This document shows positions 1 to 17,129 of a DNA stretch of 64,000 nt, in pieces. The stretch is taken from positions 25,296,001-25,360,000 of the forward strand of contig OZ024743.1 of assembly GCA_964016885.1 (NCBI GenBank). The letters run 5' to 3'. How positions within the stretch are numbered: position 1 is the first letter of the stretch; each line of letters opens with the position of its first letter. The notes below the pieces were generated by a model. That model saw only the letters and a program-made list of their open reading frames with translations, ran no database searches and had not been told where the DNA came from. Made by a program: the position numbers and the translations under genes. Source of the DNA: Eledone cirrhosa. Lineage: Eukaryota.

Positions 1-89
1 AGACACATATAGAGAGTTGATTGTTTACACATAAGCCCGTCAGAATGATACTTGGACCCACACCTATGATCAGATAAACTATCCTGATA

Positions 90-270
90 AATGCCTCCTG
101 AGCAGTAAATCTCCAAAATGTCTGCTTGTATACGCACGCCTGTATCTTTCTCATTTTCCCGTTCTTTCCTCTTCTCACTCTTTATCTGTTTTATCAACTG
201 GTAAAGGACTAGTGTCCGAAACGTTGAGACAATTTTCCTGTTATTTCAAGCGTTAAACTAATACATTTAT
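90..270 (+). mobile_element. Degenerate pLTR-like fragment with a decayed hammerhead (second copy ~14720-14910)
   Basis: CTGGTAA AGGAC TAGT GTCC GAAACGT at 198-224 versus GCGATGA AGGAC TAAC GTCC GAAGCGT at ~14848. Both are followed by TTTCAAGyGTTAAACTAATA. Confidence 0.45.
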
Positions 271-363
271 TCAAAGTACTGTGTCGTTTGTTGTTACTTA
301 TTTTTACATTTTACATGCATACATACATACATACATATATATATATATGTATTTGTATGTATG

Positions 364-420
<57 letters not shown>

Positions 421-553
421 GTATGGGTGCGTGTGTGTGTGTGCGTGCGTGCATATATCTGTGCGTTTGTCTTTGCATTTGCATGCATATGTAAGTATTT
501 CTGTATGCATACATTTACACACATATTTTCAAAAGAGCGAGCGAGAGAGAGAA

Positions 554-634
<81 letters not shown>

Positions 635-1512
635 AGAGAGAGCGATAGAGATAGAGAGAGAGACAGAGAGAATATTAACTGTGAAAGAGAAACATAATGG
701 GGGGTATATATTATTCTATCACCGTTTCGCTCTATCTGTGTTTCTCGTTTGTCAGTAGGTATTCTATTCCTCCGTTTTCCTTTCCTGGTTGGATCAATTT
801 CTGTTGATTTTGCTTTGCTTTTTCTTTTACTTTTATATCTCCCTATTTGTCTCTCATTCTCTTTCGTCCGGCACACTCTAATTCCTTGTCCACTTCTCTG
901 CATCATTTTCTTTCTCCACTTTCATTATTGATGGAGTTCGCTCAAATATTTAACGGTGTCTTTTCTTATCAACCTCTCTTTAGAAACACATGAAATACAT
1001 ACGCCATTTTGTAATTTTTCTTGCTTTTTCTTCCTTCCGTAATGCAGTTTCACTTTTATATAATTTAGGTATTTCTTGCTTATTTACTTTTGCCCTCTTT
1101 CTTCCTTACCTCATACTGATGCATCTTTTTGCTTGCTTTTCCGTTTTTTTTTTATTTCTTCTCATCACGTTCCAATTTTTCCTATTGAAAATAGAAAAAA
1201 CTAATATAAGAAATTAATATTATCAGTATCTGAATTTGTCTTTATCTTTCAGCTGCCCGTTTTGAGAAAATACTTACCAGTCATATTCAAAGGTCAAGAT
1301 TATTGACTATACTTAATCTCTTATAATGTGGGCCCTTGTGGTCTATATTAGACATCTTTAAGGCACTTTATTTTATGAGTTCCAATCGGAGTTCATTTTG
1401 ACTTTCATCTTGATGGGGTTGTAAGTGCCAGTGAAGTACTGCGATCAATGTAAATGACTGTTCTGCTTCAGCCCAACATTTTTGGCTTTTTGTCAACAAT
1501 CAGGAACTATTA

Positions 1513-2100
1513 TTGGATTGGCAGTATCGGTAGAGGGTCGCACGCCATGCTTTGACGCATAGAGTTACGGCCCTTGCCATTCTGAGTTCAAATCCCGCCG
1601 AGGTTAACTTTGCCTTTCATCCTTACGGGGGTCGATAAAATAAAGTACCAGTAATGCACTGGATAATTGCTGGCCTTGTGCCTAAAAGTAGAAACAATTA
1701 TTATTATAATTGGCAGTATCGGCAGAGGGTTGGACACCATGCTTTGCAGCATAGAGTTACGGCCCTTTGCGTTATGAGTTTAAATCCCGCCGAGGTTAGC
1801 TTTGCTTTTCTTCCTTATAGGGTCGATAAAATAAAGTACCAGTCACGCACTGGGACCGATTTGATCGACTGCCCCTCCCCCAAATTGCCGGCCTTGTGCC
1901 TATATAAGAAACCATTATTATTGGCAGTATCGGTAGAGCGTCGGACACCATATTTTGCAGCATAGAGTTACATCCCTTTGAGGTATTAGTTCAAATCCCG
2001 CCGAGGTTAGCTTAGCTTTTCATCCTTACAGGGTCGATAAATAAAGAACCAGTAATGCACTGGGATCGATTTAATAGATTTTCCCTTCACTCAAAATTGT
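1513..2100 (+). mobile_element. Three tandem tRNA-derived SINE copies (Nin/Deu-domain-like body)
   Basis: TTGGCAGTATCGGyAGAG (A-box-like) at ~1518, 1710 and 1921; GAGTTCAAATCC B-box; body TTGCCTTTCATCCTTACGGGGTCGATAAAATAAAGTACCAG; (ATT)n tails. Confidence 0.85.
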
Positions 2101-2791
2101 TTCTAAATACCACAACACTCAGTAACTATTATAATCTTTAAACAGTTTATACAAATCTAAACCTCAAACTTATGAATATTTTGTTTCATAAAATCCTGAA
2201 TAACACCGTCGATATACACTCCTTTCAACCATACTGTTTTTTAAAAAGTATTATCCTGGAAACCATCCACGTGTTAAATAGATAGTTGTATAAAAGAAAT
2301 TAGATATAGTAATTTGACCAGTTAGTGTTAGGCCTCTGTGATTTCTGATGCCGAATATTCCAGTTTTTCGGATCACAGATCAAACTCACGACATTACGAT
2401 CATGAGCCGAGTCCCCAAACAACCAAGCCACGTGCCTTTACATTTGTGGTAAAAGCGAATATAACATCATCCGTCTATGACTAATATTCATATTTTTCCT
2501 TGACAAATATAGGAAATAACATTTTTTTAAAAAGTCTTTTCGGCTTACTTTAGCCTTTTCATGAATTACCCACCATGAAAGTGAACTAAACCATAGGCAA
2601 GGACTCAGGGAAATTATACCATTCCCGTTTTGCCTTCACTTCTCTTCGATTCACCCACACCCATTCATTCGTTCAATTAGTCACTAATTCTCCCCCCTCT
2701 CTTTTCTCTCTCTCTCTTCTATTTCTTCTTCTTCGCCCTCTTCATTCTACGCCCCTTCACTTTTTCTCTCAATTGATCTCTCTCTCTCCCT

Positions 2792-2837
<46 letters not shown>

Positions 2838-3087
2838 TACACACACATATTCTTGTTTCTCTCCTGTCCTCCATTATCTCTATCTCCTACATATTTTCTC
2901 CCTCACCCTTTATTTTTCCTCTCTTCATTTTCTCTCACCCGTTTTTGTATTCATCATTCATTCTCTTATTTCAGTTATCACATTTTCATATTTCCATCTC
3001 TCTCACTCTGCTTCACATAATCTCTCTCTCACACAAGCATACACAAACACACTCACGCACACGCACACACTCACGCACACATACGCA

Positions 3088-3166
<79 letters not shown>

Positions 3167-3465
3167 TCTTTCTCTTTCTCTCCATACACATGCACACATT
3201 TCAGCTCTTTGCTCGAGTCACGCTGGATTCTGTCATCATCTGCAAGGGAAACTCTTAGAAACAAACCGCTCTTTGAGCATCGTACCTTGTCTCCGGTTTG
3301 GAGGATCCTATTTGTCCCCTCACAGACATTTAGAAGCAAACTATAATAACGACTTCAATAATGCATAGTTTCTGCTTGCTCCCTGTTTCAGAATCCTACC
3401 AACTATCACATAATCGTTTTTATCATGACTGATTCCTCTTCCCTATCACCATACCACAACACAGT

Positions 3466-3476
3466 GACCACCACCG

Positions 3477-3556
<80 letters not shown>

Positions 3557-3605
3557 GTTAGTACTATCCCCCCCTCCCACACAAACACGCACTACTATTA
3601 CTATT
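3466..3605. repeat. (ACC)/(ACT)n trinucleotide microsatellite
   Basis: Direct inspection; source of the poly-Thr/Val/Ser ORFs. Confidence 0.95.
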
Positions 3606-5958
3606 ACAAAGACTACAAATACTACGATGACTACACAGCTATTATAACCACCAAAGCTACTAATTTTACTTATAATTCTACTACCACCGACATTACCTCC
3701 ACGAACACCACAACCATTTGTATGAATAATGATAAAGATATTTTGTATCAATTAATAAAAACTTTACCCACAATAATCTCCAATTTCTCCTTCCAAGAAC
3801 TCTTGGGGAAAATGTCCTCTGGGTTTAGTAATACGTTCCTAGATACTCTATATTCAAATAAAGATGAGTTGCTCACAAGTGGAACGTGATTGAGCATTGG
3901 TCTGCTAATTCAGAACTGATCTGGGATTAAATAGCAATAATATAATACCATCTCCAGCACTATAAACCAACACTACCATTAGCTCAACCTGCACAACCAG
4001 CTCTATACACGTTAGTTCTGCCACCAATCACACAACGTGACACCCACAATCACTGCAACCGTTAATATTAACATACCAACACTATGATGATAATTACTAT
4101 TTTTGCTACAAAAAATATCGCCACCAATCCTAACGTGGGTGGTTCTATGTGGTCGCTCGATTTTGTAGAAATATTAGTAGAATCTTCTCTCGTATCACAC
4201 GCTACTGTCGTAAAGAATGATACATTGGGCAAGATCGTCTGTTATATACAAAATATAGTTAAACCATGACTGGTATGCCACTTATCATTAGTATTATCTA
4301 TCAATTCTGGAGCTTAACAATTATAAAAAGGAACAATAGCAGCATCACACAGAAACAACTCTCTATAGTACTTTAATCTGTTAGAAATTCCTTCAATTCA
4401 CACACAACTTTAAAAAAAGAATTGCCAAATTGTTTTATATTATATAAATGTGCTTAGTCTGAAAAAAAGACTGGATGATCTCATCTTAAACGTTAGACAT
4501 GATATGAGGCTGGGCTAAACAAGAACAACGACACCAACAACAACATAATAGCAGTAGCAGCATCGCAGCCATGTTCAGTACCATGTAAAGTTGATCCCGA
4601 ACAGACAATATATCCATCCAGCAATGCTCATGACCTTTAATCTAAAAGTCCGACAGAATGTCCTCGTCGGCGCCCGGAATCCCTCCTATGCCATTGTCGC
4701 TAATAAACTCCGCTAACCCAACGTCCCAAAGAATTCAAGGGCTGATTTTCCAATTACAAAATGATCCTGCTGGTAAAGTACAATAATTGCCTGGCAATAT
4801 TTTAGAAATCATAGACCGAACTTCGGTCCGTGCTATACCGAGGGCTGCAGATCGATCCCATATACGAGCTGTGGATAAGCATAACACAAGAAAGGTAAGC
4901 ACACATATTCAGAATAATCTTTTTGGAGTTAAACAACATCAACAACAGCATTTCAGTCACGTTCCCGAAGAGTCAATATCTCCCCGCAGAAATGTCCATG
5001 ATCTCCCCTAAGGAGGGATTTAAAGAACATAGATCCCAATCTGATCAGATGATTCCTGATACAACTCTTTTGTCTACTACTATGATTTTTGATGTGACTG
5101 ATCCTGTGAAGGTGATGTTTTCTACTTATGTAGAAACGGTTCACTTGAGCCACTGTTTTAGTGGTTTACCCCTCAGAGTATTCAACATCCATAGAGACGG
5201 CTCAATTGTCGAAACACACAGAAGAGATTAGAGGGTGCATACTTTGCTAATTGACCGTGCATTGCACGTCGCTACCGAGAGATGGCCGTTCGTTTGGTTT
5301 CATCAAATGCATCTGTATGTTGTAGCGACGCAGATTCACGTCGAGACTGAAATCGACTACCGTTAGGAGATCTGTAGATTAATCTAATCTAAACAGAAGT
5401 CCACCGATCTTATGATGATTCTAAAGGCACTCAAGAACCATATGTTGATGTTAAACCGAACGACGAAATAAGTCTATCACCCGAATTAAATCCATTAGAA
5501 ATGAACGGTTGGTTATCAGAATCACTCTAGCATCGCAGAAAATAGTTTGCTCTATTTACTCTGGATTTGTGGGTTCTCAGTTCAGACATTGCAGAGGTAA
5601 ATTGCCTTAAATTACCAGTCAATGACTCCCTCCACTTTCGAAAGCTGCTGATCACGTGCCTAAATGGGAAAGTATTACTATTTTAATCATCGGCATCACG
5701 ATCATTATAATTTCCATTCCGATATCCCCGTTGTTTACTTGTTTACGTTTCGTAGTGTTAGAGAAGTTCTAGATGATTTTTTATAACATTTATCCATCTT
5801 CGCTTTTCTTTTTACCTAATGGAGCAAATGATTTAAATCATTTATTTCATAGCCAACCAAAGTAGCAATGTTTGTTGCAGCTATTTTATTACTGGCGTAT
5901 ATGCCTTGGTATATGTGTGTGCAAGCATGGTTCTGTATACGTTTCACTATAGTTGAAT

Positions 5959-6019
<61 letters not shown>

Positions 6020-6091
6020 CACATACTTCGTTTCTATATTTGTTTTGCAAGATTACTTATCTTTATTGGAAGCAAGAACTTCCCAAAATAT

Positions 6092-6169
<78 letters not shown>

Positions 6170-6456
6170 GTGTGTATGTGTGTGTGTGTGTTTTGGGGAA
6201 ATTTAAAATGTGTGTGTCGTAACGCATATGAGCATAATAATAGTCGATCACATAAAAGAGTATTTGTGAAAATCGGGTAAAGTTCTCCGTGGTATATATA
6301 TATATAAAAATATATCTGAGGCGCTTCCAATTCAGGAGTCATGTTCGTTCATTAACAGATCGCTCCACGAGCTGATCGATAGTGAAACATATGTAATATG
6401 TAATTAAATATGTATATGATGCAACACTGAGTCTTTGTTCCCTTATATAATAATAC

Positions 6457-6490
<34 letters not shown>

Positions 6491-6499
<9 letters not shown>

Positions 6500-6682
6500 A
6501 GAAGAGCTTCTACAGGACTAGAACTGTTTCATTCGCGAGAAATCATCAGGAAGCTCCTGAGGATTTCTCACGAATGAAATATTTCTAGTCCTGTAGAAGC
6601 TCTTCTATATTAAAACATTTATACACTGCTATGTATTGAGTACCTTACTTATTGTGGTTACCTCCGATTCAACCCGAAATAA

Positions 6683-6686
<4 letters not shown>
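6491..6686. mobile_element. Short fold-back Penelope-like pLTR fragment with two back-to-back hammerhead cores, in (TA)n
   Basis: Inverted repeat 6491-6615 centred on AGC (~6553). Minus strand CTGATGA TTTC TCGC GAAT GAAAC; plus strand CTGAGGA TTTC TCAC GAAT GAAAT. Tail contains GTATTGAGTAC. TA tracts on both sides. Confidence 0.7.
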
Positions 6687-6750
<64 letters not shown>

Positions 6751-6918
6751 TTTGATTATATGATAGCCTAGCGAAATATTAAATAGTTAAGGTTAGTAGA
6801 CTCTATATGCACAGGCTTTCCCTGTGCAATATGCTCAGAACAACGCCAACCGACGAAGGCACAATCGTACCAAACTACATAAATAGGTTTACACACGTAC
6901 ACACGTTATATATATATG

Positions 6919-6988
<70 letters not shown>

Positions 6989-7349
6989 TGTGTGTGTATG
7001 TATATCTATATATAAATTTATGTCATGTGTGTGAGTAGAGAAAGAGCGAGAGAGAGAGGAGGGAGATGTGTATGTATGTATAAACGTGTAATAATCTATT
7101 GAATGAGATGATCAAGAACGTTTTTTCTTCCCTCTGAATGAACATTTTCGTTTCCTTTGAGGAATATTTTGTGCATCTTAAGCGGCGCCTGTTGTCCAGA
7201 GAGAAGATTTTTTTCCCTCTCTAAGTGTTTTATTGTCCAAGAGACGAACCATTGAATAGATGTTTGCTTCCATTTCGATTTATTACCGCTACCACCGTCA
7301 TCATCATCATCATCATCTGCAATATTGTTGTTATTTCTATTATTATTAT

Positions 7350-7393
<44 letters not shown>

Positions 7394-7659
7394 TTATTAT
7401 TATTATTATTACAATTGTTGTTGTTGTTGTTGTTGGTGGTGGTGTTGATGTAGTTGTTAATATTACTTGTTGTTGTTTTTAATGTTGTTAGTGTTATTGT
7501 TATCTATGTTGTTGTTAAATACATTTTTTTTTACTTGAGAGAAAGTGCGGAGATTTTCTTCTCACATTTTTTCTTTATTCAGTTATTCTTTCTTGATTCA
7601 ATCTTGTTTTTATCATTTCCTTTCATATTTAGTTTATTTTATTATTTGGCCATTTAGTT

Positions 7660-9270
<1,611 letters not shown>

Positions 9271-9506
9271 ATGTATATCAACACTTTGATATGTGTATTT
9301 ATAACTATACATAGAAACATAAATCCTTTATCAATTCATAAGGCAATTCAAAGGAACCGTACATCTTAACAATTTGGATAATGCTTCTAGCCTTATATAT
9401 TCCGTCGCCTCACTAATCTGCCGAGTTATTTATTATATGCACAGCTATACCGTCATTAAATCTGCTAACGCCAATTATATATGTATATACATATACATAT
9501 AAATAC

Positions 9507-9545
<39 letters not shown>

Positions 9546-9636
9546 GATAGATATATATAAAGATATATATTATATATATACACATACAGATATACATAAA
9601 CATATGAATACGTAGGTAAGCAGAGAAAGAATGTGG

Positions 9637-9875
<239 letters not shown>

Positions 9876-11034
9876 GTCAAAGAGTGATGTTTAAAATGAA
9901 ACAAATATATGAACGTCGTAACAATGTGACTTTTATTAAAACATTGTTCTATTATTTTTCCTTCGTGCAATAATATTTCGATTGCATGAGACCATCCGTC
10001 TTCGAATAATACAGTAGAATAACATAAAAGAATAATCTAACAAAAAATACGAGAACCGAACGAGGAAATCATTTGCCACTTGCTCTTGGAGCAGAAGCGA
10101 ATATATTCGGCCACAAAAAAGCAAAAAATATTGCCCTATTTTCTCCACACCATTCTATCACCAATAATATCTGTTTAGGAAAAGCAGAAAAGTGATTAAT
10201 TCCGTGCCATTTGTACAAGAAGAAGATCTCATTCCAGATGTTAACAACAATGTTTCGTTTTCAATTTATCTTTCTATGTGTTGCTAAAAGCAACCAGCTG
10301 GTTATTGAAAATGTTCATGTTCATCCTGGCTAGGTGCAGTATGGATTTTACATTGGTTTCTGAGGGCTAATTGAAGCATTATGATTAATAATGCTGGACA
10401 GAAATGTCCATATCGTAACACACCTCACAAATCACAATGTTTCAAGTAGGCCTTCCAAAGCCATTCAAAAATATGTATGATTTGTTGTGCCGAACATGAA
10501 CTTCAACTAGCTGGTGGATTTTAAGCTTCGGAGACAAACTCTAATCAGTTTATTAAAAGCTTACATTTTTGAACATACAAAAACAGAAGCTCAGCTCATA
10601 TCAAGAAGAAAATATCATATTTCAAAACCCCTTAAGTAATTGTACCAGATGGTGGGTTTCACAACAGCTGAGGGTATCCTATGGCAAACACCCGTCATTA
10701 AACCAGCTAGACCAACATCACAAAACTAGACCTTATAGTCAGGACCAGAGAATACTCCAGTATTCAAGATTGTGTGTCTCTCAGGCACTTTTAAGTTGCA
10801 TAGATGAGTCTCACAATGATGTGCCCTTCCTACCTGTGAGATGATCATGGTACTGCACACAAGCACGCTACAATGCACCCCGAGAAACGCCATTCGATTA
10901 ACTGGTATAATGTCATTTACAAACACATTTCGGGGTCTGAACAATGTATGTATGTATGTATGTATGTATGTATGTATGTATGTATGTATGTATGTATGTA
11001 TGTATGTATGTATGTATGTATGTATGTATGTCAT

Positions 11035-11250
11035 CACTTGGGCCCACCACTATGTGTCAATAATTGTCACAAGTGTAGTGTTTGTACCAGAGTTTTCAAG
11101 TCGCTGGCTGGACTAAAAAGTCACACTCGTTCAGCGCATCGGTAGGGGTTCTCCTACATGGATATAAAGTAGTAGCCGTACTCGAAAACGAGTTGGCAGC
11201 CACCATGTATGTATGTATGTATGTATGTATGTATGTATGTATGTATGTAT
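11035..11250 (+). mobile_element. 3' fragment of an RTE-derived non-autonomous retroelement with a C2H2 remnant and (TGTA)n tail
   Basis: Translates as ..CSVCTRVFKSLAGLKSHTRSAHR*, like the C-terminal C2H2 finger of RTE/BovB ORFs. Followed by a short UTR and TGTA repeats. Near-identical to 11635-11800. Confidence 0.75.
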
Positions 11251-11935
11251 GTCGGGTCGTTTGCGACTAAACTGGCAACCCCACCAAGGTTTCTTGGTGA
11301 GGAGATGACTTTGGACATCCTGCAGGTCTAAAAACAAAACCTGTCAAAGGGAAAAGGAGCTCGTAAGAGTCAATGGCCATCCAAAATCACCGGGAGAGAT
11401 GACCCCTTAGCCTTTGTCAAGGCAGAATTCTAGGAGAAGGAAAACTCTGATATAACACCTGCAACCCTGATGGTATCCAATGATGTTGACTTGTTCTTCT
11501 TTTTGGTAAATATCATCTTGGTTAAGAGAGTGGGACTGGCTTTGTGCAGTGCCTTTGCTCACTATAAAAGCTTCACAGCACAGGCATTGCTTTATATCTG
11601 GAGATCTCTCTGCACTTGTCGTCACATGGTACCATGGGCCCAGCACTATGTGTCAATAATTGTCACAAGTGTAGTGTTTGTACCAGAGTTTTCAAGTCGC
11701 TGGCTGGACTAAAAAGTCACACTCGTTCAGCGCATCGGTAAGGGTTCTCCTACATTGATATAAAGTAGTGGCCGTACTCGAAAACGAGTTGGCAGCCACC
11801 ATGTATGTATGTATGCATGTATGTATATATGTATGCATGTACGTATGTATGTTTAAATGTATGTATGTATGCATGTACGTATGTACGTTTATATGTATGC
11901 ATGCATGTATATATGCATGAATGTATGTATGCATG
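11251..11935 (+). mobile_element. ~550-bp internally deleted RTE-like element plus degenerate (TGTA)n tail
   Basis: A 5' UTR-like part (CTAGGAGAAGGAAAACTCTG) is joined directly to the C2H2/3' end. Highly similar to the minus-strand copy at 36144-36559. Confidence 0.75.
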
Positions 11936-12019
11936 AATTTTAGACAATGGAGGTTTCAAACAAGTGTGAAATGTGATTAAATGAAGAATTACTCAATATT
12001 GTTAAGTAGAAGAGAAAGC

Positions 12020-14190
<2,171 letters not shown>

Positions 14191-14228
14191 TAACGAGTTC
14201 CCTCTAATTTATGTTGATTCCGGTTATA

Positions 14229-14293
<65 letters not shown>

Positions 14294-15063
14294 CACACGC
14301 ACATACACACATATATATATGATATGTTTGTGTGTGTTTTTACTTATTTGATAGCTCTTCCTATACCTTAATCGTTAAAACGTTATTTATAAGTACTCGC
14401 ATCTATTTCTATAAAGACGGTGTTCAAGATTTTTCTCGTCGCTGTAGGTAATTAGTCCCAGGACTACCTTAACTGAGGAGAATCATAACTGAACGCCTTC
14501 TAGCTATGTCAGTTTCATCTGTAGTGCTTCAATAGAATCACATTCTTCGATGTCTGCTTCTCGTATTTTGAGAGCTGGGTTGATATCCTTCACGCTACAG
14601 TATCTAATAATTTGATGGACCATTTATATATATTTGTACACTGCAGATAACGTAATCTGCTGAGTGTCTTAATGCTTTTCAGTGTTGTATCTACGTTCTT
14701 TGCTTTTGACCCTCAATATATCGCAATCTTCTAAAATGACTAGGTACACACGGGTTTACTTCCTGAAAATGTTTTCCCTTTTACTCTTTTTCTTTCTTTT
14801 CTTACTTCCATCTCTCTTCTCTTTCTCGCACATTCTTATTCTATCTTGCGATGAAGGACTAACGTCCGAAGCGTACATTTTCTTTCCCTTCTGTTTCAAG
14901 TGTTAAACTAATATATATATCACTAATATATATATCACCCTTATATTGAATTGTTTTCTCGAGTTGTTTTTACTTGTTGAAACTTCACATAGACACACAA
15001 ACATACAGATACACACATACACATATACACATATACACATATACACATATACACATACCTACA

Positions 15064-15152
<89 letters not shown>

Positions 15153-15997
15153 TTACGTCGACGACTTGGCTTGTGTGCTACCTCTGACGCTGCTGTAATC
15201 ACCACTACTACTATCATCATACTAAAGCCACAACACTACTACTAAAGCCACCTTCATAATTACAATACACGTCACAATATACACCTTTATAGCTACCACT
15301 AAAATAACCGCCACTAGCAGCAGCAGCGTCTTCAGGATACATACAAATCATATTATTGAAGACATAAACAGCTATTAGTTATTGATAACTTGATTATCCA
15401 TCGATCACACTATGGAACGTTTATAAACATCTATTTATGAAAGATAACAATAACAATAACAATACAGCATTTATCGAACGAGTTTAAAGCAGGGCCAGCA
15501 TTAAACAATAATTACTGTCTAATGTAGCATGAAATGTTTCTCTTCTTTAACACTAAGCTATCTCATAGCGAACTCTCACCACCACCTCCACATCCACCAC
15601 CACCACAACGCATTTGAGGCGGTGGTGGAGGGCTATATTTTGATCTCTAATTTAAAAGGCTCGTTTATTGACTGACGAGTGTTATAACACGAAAGTTGTT
15701 TTAAAGAAAGGATATATAAATCTTATCCATATGCTTTAAGCTGTAATCTGAAGTGCTTGTCGTATACTTTACGGTGTCGCTGCCTAGGAAAGGTCGCTGT
15801 ATGAGTGTCAATGATCTAGAATTGTAATTCGAAATGTGCACTGCAATTATAGGAACAAGCATGAATACATAGTTAAGAAGTTCGCTTCGTAATCTCTTGG
15901 TAGATGTCTTCTGACATAAACTAGTGCTGGCTAAGATAATAATCAATCAAGTTTCATAAGACGGAGACTTCGCAGAGGCCCATCCTACAGCAAAGGT

Positions 15998-16212
15998 TTG
16001 ATAGCAAAGGAATTAGCTCGGTATAGTATTGACATAAGTGCACTCTCTGAAACATGGCTATGTGGTGAGGATCAGTTGACAGAATCCGGAGTGGGTTACA
16101 CCTTTTTCTGAAAAGGCAAGCCTGGTAAGAGAAACGTGAGCAAGGTGTAGGCTCGAATTGAGCTAACCAGCCATCTGGAGCAACCTTATGGTGTTCGTGA
16201 TAGAATCATTGT
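15998..16212 (+). pseudogene. RTE/BovB-clade LINE AP-endonuclease fragment
   Basis: Translates LIAKELARYSIDISALSETWLCGEDQLTESGVGYTFF*KGK..(frameshift)..REQGVG..PYGVRDRII, matching the RTE motif ELARYxIDIAALSETR..GYTFFWSG. Confidence 0.85.
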
Positions 16213-16409
16213 CCCCAGAGTTCAGAAACCGTATAATATGAGCACATAAAATATAGTACAGAGTAGCGCCGGTTAAGAGATTTCAGGCATAGATTTGAAT
16301 GATATACCAAGATATAAACCCACGGGTGTGTGAAATAATGTTTCATATTATTGCTGCAATGGATATGGAATAAAATTATATGAATTATGCAATTACATAT
16401 ATACACATA

Positions 16410-16493
<84 letters not shown>

Positions 16494-16521
16494 CATATAT
16501 ATATATGTATATATATATATG

Positions 16522-16663
<142 letters not shown>

Positions 16664-16842
16664 TTATATAGTGTAGCAAATAGCCATACTCCAACATCAC
16701 AAAGCACATTTTAATTTCTCTAATTGAGGCATTTGTGCACTAAAAGAGCGTTACAACTAATTATATGGCTATATTCCAGATTCCTCCTTTCATGTCATTG
16801 ATATAATATATATATTTTAAAATTCGATATTTATATATATGT

Positions 16843-16845
<3 letters not shown>

Positions 16846-16925
<80 letters not shown>

Positions 16926-17129
16926 ATATATATATATATATATATAAACATATATATATATATATATATAAACATATATATATATATATATATAAACATA
17001 TATATATATATATATAAACATATATATATATATATATATATAAACATATATATATATATATATAAACATATATATATATATATATAAACATATATATATA
17101 TATATATAAACATATATATATATATATAT
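16846..17129. repeat. (TA)n with periodic AAAC interruptions (~22-24-bp minisatellite); continues in the same orientation at 21848-22196
   Basis: TATAAACATATA repeats on both sides of the 310-bp array, never as TGTTTA. Confidence 0.9.

Noticed and set aside
1513-1600. tRNA gene
   Set aside because: A/B boxes are present but there is no cloverleaf, and the sequence continues into a repeated SINE body and tail.
3425-3889. 154-aa Thr-rich mucin-like ORF
   Set aside because: Built on (ACT)n and decayed trinucleotide repeats; no signal peptide or splice evidence.
6360-6400. Further possible hammerheads (CCACGA..GAAACATATGTA at ~6365; CCGACGAAGGC..CAAAC at ~6850)
   Set aside because: The cores deviate at several invariant positions and stem I is not supportable; at most decayed relics.
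10200-10940. Possible LINE coding relic upstream of the RTE-derived elements
   Set aside because: No convincing RT or endonuclease motif could be read in any frame by eye.
11040-11145. C2H2 zinc-finger host gene exon
   Set aside because: A single finger present in three near-identical dispersed copies, each followed by a TGTA tail; it is a retroelement 3' end.
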